NCBI GenBank assembly: GCA_039795895.1
Contig: JBDKKW010000003.1
Span: 1-61,899 of the forward strand
Length of the DNA: 61,899 bases
Reading direction: 5' to 3'
Source of the DNA: Candidatus Parcubacteria bacterium
Lineage (GTDB): Bacteria > Patescibacteriota > Minisyncoccia > Phycocordibacterales > JBAYGS01
The position numbers and the translations under genes were made by a program. The notes under the pieces were generated by a model. It had not been told where the DNA came from. It ran no database searches and saw only the letters and a program-made list of their open reading frames with translations. Below are positions 44,215 to 50,956 of the stretch, one piece after another; position 1 is the stretch's first letter, and each line of letters begins with the position of its first letter.

Positions 44215-44371
44215 CCGAAGTATTGAGCAGAGCGAAATCACTTTGGGGAGTGAGGAAGCAAACTGCTTTGCTTCCGGCGGGAAGCGGAAGGCTTTTCTAT
44301 ATTTCGTCCGCGAAATGAGAAAAGCACCTGACTATGTAGTAGTCGATTCCCGCCACTCGCACCGAAGTATT
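44197..44371 (+). repeat. 28-nt perfect direct repeat of the tRNA-Gly 3' end flanking a 119-nt structured insert
   Basis: CGATTCCCGCCACTCGCACCGAAGTATT occurs at 44197-44224 and again at 44344-44371. Confidence 0.9.
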
Positions 44372-44400
44372 AAGTTATTTATATTAGTATATCTTTATTT

Positions 44401-45537
44401 ATGAAAATCCTTATTGTTGGAGCCGGGATCGGAGGTTTAACCCTTGCAGCGTTTCTTAAAGAATCTTCTATCGAGTACGATATTGTCGAAAAAGCAAATA
44501 ATTGGAACACGCAGGGATTCTCGATTGGATTGTGGAATAATGGTAGACATATTTTAGCAAAACTCGGTATTCTTGATCGATTGGAAAAAGAGGGCACGCA
44601 CATCAAGCGCTACCAAGTCCGTAACGGCAAGGGGGATCTCATTCGTGAGTATGATTTTTTTAAATTGTATGCCAAATACGGCCTGAGCTATACCCAGATC
44701 AACCGAGCTTTCCTGCACAGTTGGTTACTTGAACTTGTCGGTAAGGAAAATATTCAGCTTGGAGTGCAGGTTAATTCCCTGAAAGATGTTGGGCACGGGG
44801 TTGAGGTTGTTTTAAGTAATGGTCAGACGCATACTTATGATCTTGTGGTCGGCGCAGATGGTATCCACTCGAAGATCCGCGGTATGATTTTTGGTAGTGA
44901 ACTTGAGAAATTCGACAACTGGCGAGTTTGGTATGCTTGGGTTGATAATCAATTTAAAGATGAGGCTACTGTCACTGAATATGTCGAGCCGGGCGAATTC
45001 ATTGGTATTTTTGATTCTTGTGGTAAAACACTTGCCGTTCTCATTGCCCCTGTCGAACACACTGTTTGGGATGATGTAAAAGGACGACTTGGACGTTTGA
45101 GTGAGACATTTAAGCATGAGGTTAGACTGGATGGTTTTTTGAAGGGTTTGAAAGATGAGGATGTTATGCCCACAGATCTTAGTCGTGTTACACTCAAAAA
45201 ATTTGTGAAGGGTAGAGTAGTGCTCGCTGGAGATGCTGCACATGGTTTTGAGCCGAATGCTGGTCTCGGCGCCTCAATGGCTATGGAGGATGGTTACGTG
45301 CTTGCTGCTGAACTCATGAAAGTCTCAGGTACCTATACGATCAAAAAGGCTATTGATCGCTATCAGGATCTTAGAAGGAAGCGGGTGAAGGTGGCTCGTT
45401 CATCGACCAGTAGAATGCGGTCGTGGTCTTTCATTGGTCCAAGATGGCTCAGGAAGACTGTGGACTTTTTCCTTCCTTTTGTTCCACAGCCTCTTTTTAC
45501 TAGCCAGTATCTGAAGTTGATGAAGGAGGAGATTTAG
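44401..45537 (+). CDS. FAD-dependent monooxygenase (UbiH/aromatic-ring hydroxylase family)
   Basis: MKILIVGAGIGGL dinucleotide-binding motif and GDAAHGFEPNAGLGASMAMEDG. Confidence 0.8.
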   Translation: MKILIVGAGIGGLTLAAFLKESSIEYDIVEKANNWNTQGFSIGLWNNGRHILAKLGILDRLEKEGTHIKRYQVRNGKGDLIREYDFFKLYAKYGLSYTQINRAFLHSWLLELVGKENIQLGVQVNSLKDVGHGVEVVLSNGQTHTYDLVVGADGIHSKIRGMIFGSELEKFDNWRVWYAWVDNQFKDEATVTEYVEPGEFIGIFDSCGKTLAVLIAPVEHTVWDDVKGRLGRLSETFKHEVRLDGFLKGLKDEDVMPTDLSRVTLKKFVKGRVVLAGDAAHGFEPNAGLGASMAMEDGYVLAAELMKVSGTYTIKKAIDRYQDLRRKRVKVARSSTSRMRSWSFIGPRWLRKTVDFFLPFVPQPLFTSQYLKLMKEEI

Positions 45538-45619
45538 TTGAACAACAAGCATTGCGTTGTTTCAAATCTAAAAAGTTTGATACAATAAACCAACTTTATT
45601 AGTTATTATTTACATGTAT

Positions 45620-45856
45620 ATGAAGACTGTTGCGATTTATTCAACCCCGACCTGTCATTACTGCAATATGGCAAAGGATTTTTTTAAGAAGAATAATATC
45701 GCCTACACTGAATACAATGTGGCGACTGATTTGGCGAAGCGAAAAGAAATGGTAGAGAAGAGTGGTCAGATGGGGGTGCCGGTGATTGAGATTGATGGCA
45801 AGCTTTCTGTGGGGTTTGATGAAGCGGAGATTAAGGGTGCTCTCGGAGTTAAATAG
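45620..45856 (+). CDS. Glutaredoxin-like protein (NrdH/YruB type)
   Basis: VAIYSTPTCHYCNMAKDFF, GVPVIEIDG. Confidence 0.8.
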   Translation: MKTVAIYSTPTCHYCNMAKDFFKKNNIAYTEYNVATDLAKRKEMVEKSGQMGVPVIEIDGKLSVGFDEAEIKGALGVK

Positions 45857-45890
45857 ATAGTGGTAGTGAGACAGTAGAAATTCGAAAATA

Positions 45891-45939
45891 AAAAAAGCCC
45901 CGTCCTGCTTCGCCAAGGCTTCGCAGGACGGGGCTTTTT
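45891..45939 (+). terminator. Rho-independent terminator
   Basis: AGCCCCGTCCTGC (45895-45907) pairs with GCAGGACGGGGCT (45922-45934), followed by TTTTT. It is preceded by a TAG-rich patch at 45854-45881. Confidence 0.85.
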
Positions 45940-45981
45940 CATTCACCAAAATCAGTGCTATAGTCTCAGGTGTAGCCAATT

Positions 45982-46053
45982 GCCCTCGTAGTTCAACAGA
46001 TAGAACCGGCCCGTCCTAAGGGTCTAATGTCAGTGCAACTCTGGCCGAGGGCA
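45982..46053 (+). tRNA. Atypical tRNA-Arg (anticodon CCT) or tRNA-like gene
   Basis: Perfect acceptor GCCCTCG/CGAGGGC, D-arm GTTC-AACAGATA-GAAC (no GG), anticodon arm GGCCC-GTCCTAA-GGGTC, T-arm GTCAG-TGCAACT-CTGGC (no T-Psi-C consensus). Confidence 0.5.
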
Positions 46054-46177
46054 CAAATTTAGAAAGTAAATTTGGATGGACAGAATCGGAATTATATTCT
46101 ATGCTGTTAGCGGAATTCGATTTTGAACCATGGTGGTTCAAGTAAGTACATTTTTAAACTTAAACTGGAGGTATCCA

Positions 46178-46516
46178 ATGAAATGCAAACAAGCTGTAAT
46201 TTGGTCGCTTATTCACGGTAAAAAACATGGGTCACTAAACGAAAAGGATGTAACGATTGGGGCTACGATACCTTTGGTCTCCGCACTCTTTCCGGGTATC
46301 AATTATTACTCCATCCCTGGGTTTAATCAGGTGATGCGGGACTGTGTCCTTCCGATTCTTGTGAAGCGCTTTGCTCACTTACAGACCATTCATGCGTCCA
46401 AGATTGATCCACGCGCAACGATAGAAGTTGTTGAGGCTTTGCCTTCCAAGGGGTATGAGTGGCAGGATAGTCGCAGATGGATGGCTAAGTTTAGGAAGAT
46501 TTTGGTGTCCGCCTAA
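46178..46516 (+). CDS. Hypothetical protein (112 aa)
   Basis: ORF only. GGAGG lies 5 nt upstream of ATG 46178. Confidence 0.45.
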   Translation: MKCKQAVIWSLIHGKKHGSLNEKDVTIGATIPLVSALFPGINYYSIPGFNQVMRDCVLPILVKRFAHLQTIHASKIDPRATIEVVEALPSKGYEWQDSRRWMAKFRKILVSA

Positions 46517-46539
46517 GAAGTCAATATGGCTTCAGGTGT

Positions 46540-46579
46540 AGAGCTCCAATCGCAAGTGTTTGCGATTGGAGCTCTTTTA
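46540..46579 (+). terminator. Rho-independent terminator
   Basis: AGAGCTCCAATCGCAA-GTGT-TTGCGATTGGAGCTCT followed by TTT. Confidence 0.8.
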
Positions 46580-46690
46580 AATTCTTAATTATCTCTTACT
46601 TTAATGAGGAGATTCATCTTTATTATCTCAGTTACTAGTGCGAGATTACGGCTTATTGTCTATCGTCTTTCGTTATGCTATATTTCTCCC

Positions 46691-46978
46691 ATGACTCCAG
46701 AGGAACGATCTTTGTTGGAACGAACACTGTCTCTTGCGCAAGAGAATAACAAGATGCTACGGAAGATACGCAATAGTGCGCGAATCTCTTCGATATTGCG
46801 TCTCTTTTACTGGATTATTGTTCTGGGGTTGTCGTTTGGGTCATATTACTTGATTCAGCCGTACATTGAGCAACTTGGAAAAGCGTACGGAGTTTTGAAT
46901 GACGGAGTAAATACCGTCAAAAGTGCTCAGAGTCAGTTTGGAGATATTCCAAATCTCTTGAAATCCATCAAGAAATAA
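46691..46978 (+). CDS. Hypothetical membrane protein (95 aa)
   Basis: MTPEERSLLERTLSLAQENNKMLRKIRN followed by one TM (ILRLFYWIIVLGLSFGSYYLI). Confidence 0.5.
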   Translation: MTPEERSLLERTLSLAQENNKMLRKIRNSARISSILRLFYWIIVLGLSFGSYYLIQPYIEQLGKAYGVLNDGVNTVKSAQSQFGDIPNLLKSIKK

Positions 46979-47002
46979 TTTCGAGGTTTATAGTCAGTGA
47001 TT

Positions 47003-47075
47003 GCTGGGATAGCTCAGTTGGTAGAGCATTCCCCTGAAGAGGGAAGGGTCCCCAGTTCGAACCTGGGTCCCAGCA
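47003..47075 (+). tRNA. tRNA-Phe (anticodon GAA)
   Basis: Acceptor GCTGGGA/TCCCAGC, D-arm GCTC-AGTTGGTA-GAGC, anticodon arm TTCCC-CTGAAGA-GGGAA, T-arm CCCAG-TTCGAAC-CTGGG, discriminator A. Confidence 0.92.
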
Positions 47076-47359
47076 CAAAATACAAAATCCGCCGATGAGG
47101 CGGATTTTGTATTTTGTGCTGGGAAGCGAGCAAACTACTTTGCTCGCGACCCAGGTTCGAAAAGCGGAGCGATGTTTCGCTAGCAAGCGAAACCGCGAGC
47201 TGGGGTCGAGAAAAACAGGAGCGACGGCGACTGTTTATTCGTGACCGATCCGGTCGTACTCGACCACCTGGGTCCCAGCTTCGTTTCGAGGTACCGAGGA
47301 GCGAGTGAGATCTTGGGTCCCAGCACAAAATAACACCGCCTTGGCGGTGTTATTTTGTG
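47064..47359 (+). repeat. Triplicated tRNA-Phe 3' end with structured inserts and two related hairpins
   Basis: TGGGTCCCAGCACAAAATA occurs at 47064-47082 and 47314-47332. ACCTGGGTCCCAGC occurs at 47061-47074 and 47266-47279. There is a 26-bp perfect palindrome (47068-47093 / 47099-47124) and a second hairpin at 47324-47359. Confidence 0.9.
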
Positions 47360-47360
47360 A

Positions 47361-47810
47361 TTAATTCCCCGGCTTAATCTTGAGCTTCGTCTGTCTCCCC
47401 TTATTTATCTTCGGTAATCGGATAGTGAGCAGACCATTTTTCTCAGTCGCTTCAGCTTCGTCTGGTTCAACTTCTTGGGGGAGTAGGATGGTGCGTGAAA
47501 AAGAGCCCCAGTATAACTCACGGAAAAAATAATCTTCATCAGCGACGGTGTGTACATTTTCTCGCTTGCATTTGATGGTCACCATATCTCGAGTAATGAC
47601 CACATCCAAATCTTCTTGGCGGACGCCAGCGACCATTGCTCGGATAATCACCTCAGATGGGGTCTGGTGTACATCGACCGAAAGCTCGCCTTCATTGTCA
47701 CCTTCTTCAAATTTTGCAACGCCCTTAATAGGGGTAGTCTCTTCGGTATCATCTTCCATTGGCACTCCGCCAGTGAGTCTTTCAAAAAATGAGCGTTTAT
47801 GTTTAGACAT
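47361..47810 (-). CDS. Hsp20/alpha-crystallin small heat-shock protein
   Basis: Alpha-crystallin domain: LSVDVHQTPSEVIIRAMVAGV..FSRTILLPQEVEPDEAEATEKNGLLTIRLPK. Confidence 0.9.
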   Translation of the reverse strand: MSKHKRSFFERLTGGVPMEDDTEETTPIKGVAKFEEGDNEGELSVDVHQTPSEVIIRAMVAGVRQEDLDVVITRDMVTIKCKRENVHTVADEDYFFRELYWGSFSRTILLPQEVEPDEAEATEKNGLLTIRLPKINKGRQTKLKIKPGN

Positions 47811-47822
47811 AATGTAAATGAG

Positions 47823-48533
47823 TTATTGGGTAAGTGGTTTGGTGAGTGTTGGTTTGGCTATTCTTTTGATTCGACTAAATACAATCAGCAAGAGAATAAT
47901 AGCAATCCACACTCCGTAGAACACCCTAAATACTTCAGTACCTTTCGCATCCATTATAAAAAAATTAAAGGTTGCGTGCAAACCGGTCGAGAGGATAAGT
48001 CCAATAACCGTTGCTACTTCTCGCTTATAGCGGCCCTTGTAAAATTCCGTGGCAATGACCGCACCGACTACTCCCGAGGTGAGCACATGGAGGAGGCTGG
48101 CACCGATAAAGCGGAGGTTACCGGTGACGAGGCTCTCGATAGGTGTGTAGTGGAGCATTGATCCAGCAATAAAGAGGGTGTTTTCGAGCGCAGAAAAGCC
48201 GAGTGCTGCGGTGATGAGGTAGATCATGGCATCAACTGGCTCATCAAAATATTTCCGGTCGAGAGCGGGAAGGTAGGCCGCAAGGTATTTCAGTACTTCT
48301 TCGATACCCGCCCATGCGACGACGATCCAAAAGCTCGCACCGATCATTGAGCCGATTTGCTTTTGTAAGTAACCAGCGAGAGGGACGACCACCATACCGC
48401 AGAGGAAGACTGAGAGGAGGACTGCTCGAGGTTCTGGATGTCGATCTTCGTGAAGCCAGCACCAGAGCCAAAAGAGGGCTGGGAGAATGCCTCCGAGGGC
48501 GGCGTAGAGGAGTATGTCAGGAGCGGTTTCCAT
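47823..48533 (-). CDS. PrsW-family intramembrane protease
   Basis: Polytopic; GIEEVLKY, GFSALENTLF, LHVLTSG motifs. ATG 48533 (METAPDILLYAALGG). Confidence 0.75.
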   Translation of the reverse strand: METAPDILLYAALGGILPALFWLWCWLHEDRHPEPRAVLLSVFLCGMVVVPLAGYLQKQIGSMIGASFWIVVAWAGIEEVLKYLAAYLPALDRKYFDEPVDAMIYLITAALGFSALENTLFIAGSMLHYTPIESLVTGNLRFIGASLLHVLTSGVVGAVIATEFYKGRYKREVATVIGLILSTGLHATFNFFIMDAKGTEVFRVFYGVWIAIILLLIVFSRIKRIAKPTLTKPLTQ

Positions 48534-48585
48534 AGGGGAAGTATATAGTAAAAAGTACAAAGTATGAAGTATATAATACGGGGAA

Positions 48586-48620
48586 AAGCCCCAGAAATTG
48601 TGGGGCAATTTCTGGGGCTT
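48586..48620. terminator. Hairpin terminator downstream of valS; its arms are shared with 12531..12569
   Basis: AAGCCCCAGAAATTG-TGGGG-CAATTTCTGGGGCTT. Confidence 0.7.
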
Positions 48621-48661
48621 TCTTTGTATTCCTCTAACAACTCTACACCAATGACTATCAA

Positions 48662-50845
48662 CTATGCTTCAGGCCACTTCTCGATCATCAGTAGTTTCTT
48701 GTTTGCGATTGGTAGGTGTTCCCAAATCGTCTCAGTCACAAACGGCATAAATGGATGGAGGAGTTTGATACAGGTGGTGAGGATGTAGAAGAGGGTGAGT
48801 TGGCGTGAGGTTTTGATAATGGCGTCGGTGCCTGCAATCTTTGCTTTTGAATCTTCAATGATAATGTCAGCAAACGTGTGCCAAACATAGTGATAGATTT
48901 TTTCAGCAGACATATAGAAGCGGTAGTCTTCGAGATCTTTGGTGATGTCGGCAACGAGGGTGTGGAGCTCAGTGATTAGTTTGGTGTCCTCGGGAGTTAA
49001 GCCATTGTGGTCCGGAGCATTTGTCGACAAGATTTGAATACCCTCACATGAAGTGAGTACAAAACGGGTGATGTTCCAAAGTTTATTTCCAAAATTCTTG
49101 TATCCCTTTATTTTATTTTCTGAAAGTGATAGGTCGGTGCCGGGAGTGTTGCCCACGACAAGGCCAATACGGAGCGCGTCAGTGCCGTATTTGACGATAA
49201 GGTCGGTAGGGTTGATCACATTACCCTTACTCTTACTCATCTTTTTGCCCGATGCATCATTTACCAAGCCGTGGAGATATACCGTGTGGAATGGAGCCTT
49301 GCCAGTGAGATAGAGGCCAAAGATCACCATACGCGGAATCCATTTAAAGATAAGGTCCGAGCCGGTCTCCATCACGTCGGTTGGGTAGAATTGCTTCCAA
49401 TCACTACCTTCGGAATATCCGAGGGAGAGGAGTGGCCACTGTCCAGATGAGAACCAGGTATCAAAAGTGTCGGTATCGGCACGGAGTGTTGCCTTGCACT
49501 TTGGACAAGTGGTGAGTTCGTTTTCTAGATCAGGCTCGGCAAAACTACACGAGTCACAAATTTTGGCTGGAATCGGAATGCCCCAGACGATTTGTCGAGA
49601 AATATTCCAGTCGAGGGTATTTTTCATCCAGTAGAGGAAGATCTTGCGGTAATTATCTGGCTCAAAGATGACTTGTTTTGCATCAACAGCTTTGATCGCT
49701 TTCTCTGCAAGGGGGGCCATTTTTACAAACCACTGCGGAAGAATCTGTGGCTCGATAACGGTCTCGCATTTGTAGCAGACGGGGACATTATGCACGTATT
49801 TCTCATCGACTTTCACGAGTAGGCCTTTGGCTTTGAGCTTCTCGACGATTTTTGGTCTCGCATCGGTGATTTTCATACCGGCAAATTCGCCAGCAATAGG
49901 GAGGAGCTTGCCACGCATATCGATAACTTGCTCGCGGTCGAGTTTGTGTCGCTCCGCAATGCCAAAGTCGATGGCGTCGTGCCATGGGGTGATAGTCATC
50001 ACACCGGTACCAAATTCCATATCAATCGCTTCATCCTTGATGACGGTTGCAGTGATGGGGCCGTTGATCCATTCGAGATCAATCTTTTGTCCTTGTTTGT
50101 ATTCCGCATAGCGCTTATCGTCTGGATGCATCACCACATACTTATCTCCAAATTTTGTCTCAGGGCGGGCGGTACCGATGGTGAATGGACCGTATTTGAA
50201 ATAATAAAATGGATCAGTCTTTTCTTTGCTCTCGGTTTCTACGTCAGAAAGGGAAGTGGCGTGTTTTGAGCACCAATTTACGATACGTGAACCGCGATAG
50301 ACGAGACCGTCATCAAACATCTTCTTAAATGTGCGGTGAGTTTCTGCGATTACTTTCGGGTCGAGAGTGAATTTTTCCCGAGACCAGTCGCATGAAGCGC
50401 CAAGTGCGCGTACCTGTGCTTCCATGTTCGCTTTATTCTCAAGTGTGAAGGCGAGAATTTCTTTGTAGAGGTCCTGAGGATCCATTTTGAATCGAGAACG
50501 ACCTTCTTTCTCAAGCTTTTTTTCGTACACGATTTGTGTCTCAAAACCAGCGTGATCAGCTCCGGGTACCCACAGAGTCTTGAAGCCTCGCATACGTTTG
50601 AAGCGAATCATGATGTCTTCGAGAGTGATGGCGAGAGCGTGGCCGACGTGGAGGTTGCCGTTGGCATTTGGTGGAGGCATTACGATGGTAAACGGTCGCT
50701 GGTGTCTGATAGGAAGTCGGTCGGGATTAAAAAAACCACTGTCGTGCCAGAGCTTGTAGATGCGAGTCTCATGCTCCTCGGCGTTGTATGGCTTGAGGAA
50801 TGCTTGGGGGATATTTGGGTCTTGGTAGGGTTTATTCTCAGTCAT
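48662..50845 (-). CDS. valS: Valyl-tRNA synthetase (short form)
   Basis: PPPNANGNLHVGH (HIGH), GKKMSKSKGN (KMSKS), editing-domain TTRPET-like block GTARPETKFGD. ATG 50845 (MTENKPYQDPN). Confidence 0.95.
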   Translation of the reverse strand: MTENKPYQDPNIPQAFLKPYNAEEHETRIYKLWHDSGFFNPDRLPIRHQRPFTIVMPPPNANGNLHVGHALAITLEDIMIRFKRMRGFKTLWVPGADHAGFETQIVYEKKLEKEGRSRFKMDPQDLYKEILAFTLENKANMEAQVRALGASCDWSREKFTLDPKVIAETHRTFKKMFDDGLVYRGSRIVNWCSKHATSLSDVETESKEKTDPFYYFKYGPFTIGTARPETKFGDKYVVMHPDDKRYAEYKQGQKIDLEWINGPITATVIKDEAIDMEFGTGVMTITPWHDAIDFGIAERHKLDREQVIDMRGKLLPIAGEFAGMKITDARPKIVEKLKAKGLLVKVDEKYVHNVPVCYKCETVIEPQILPQWFVKMAPLAEKAIKAVDAKQVIFEPDNYRKIFLYWMKNTLDWNISRQIVWGIPIPAKICDSCSFAEPDLENELTTCPKCKATLRADTDTFDTWFSSGQWPLLSLGYSEGSDWKQFYPTDVMETGSDLIFKWIPRMVIFGLYLTGKAPFHTVYLHGLVNDASGKKMSKSKGNVINPTDLIVKYGTDALRIGLVVGNTPGTDLSLSENKIKGYKNFGNKLWNITRFVLTSCEGIQILSTNAPDHNGLTPEDTKLITELHTLVADITKDLEDYRFYMSAEKIYHYVWHTFADIIIEDSKAKIAGTDAIIKTSRQLTLFYILTTCIKLLHPFMPFVTETIWEHLPIANKKLLMIEKWPEA

Positions 50846-50887
50846 GTCGACCAATAGTAGCAAAAATAGGGCTATTTTGCCATAGAA

Positions 50888-50925
50888 TACAGACAAGAAG
50901 TGGTTAGTAGTTAGACGGCAGATCA
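50888..50925. repeat. Intergenic patch combining CAGACAAGAAG (27/43-kb family) and TAGTAGTTAGAC (TAG-heptamer family)
   Basis: ATACAGACAAGAAGTGGTTAGTAGTTAGACGGCAGATCAG lies between the tsaD stop and the valS start. Confidence 0.6.
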
Positions 50926-50956
50926 GAAGGAGCAAAAATGATGCTTGGGTTTGAAA

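Noticed and set aside
47014-47328. ORFs 47014..47328 (-) and 47114..47308 (+)
   Set aside because: They run through tRNA-Phe and its repeated, hairpin-rich trailer. The Arg/Ser-rich translations reflect the repeat composition.
50846-50935. N-terminal extensions offered by the ORF track for valS (also for 24464..24562, 32042..32101, 52190..52243 and 13615..13659)
   Set aside because: The extensions cross terminator hairpins or intergenic repeat patches and add non-conserved residues ahead of canonical N-termini. Internal ATGs matching the family starts were used instead.
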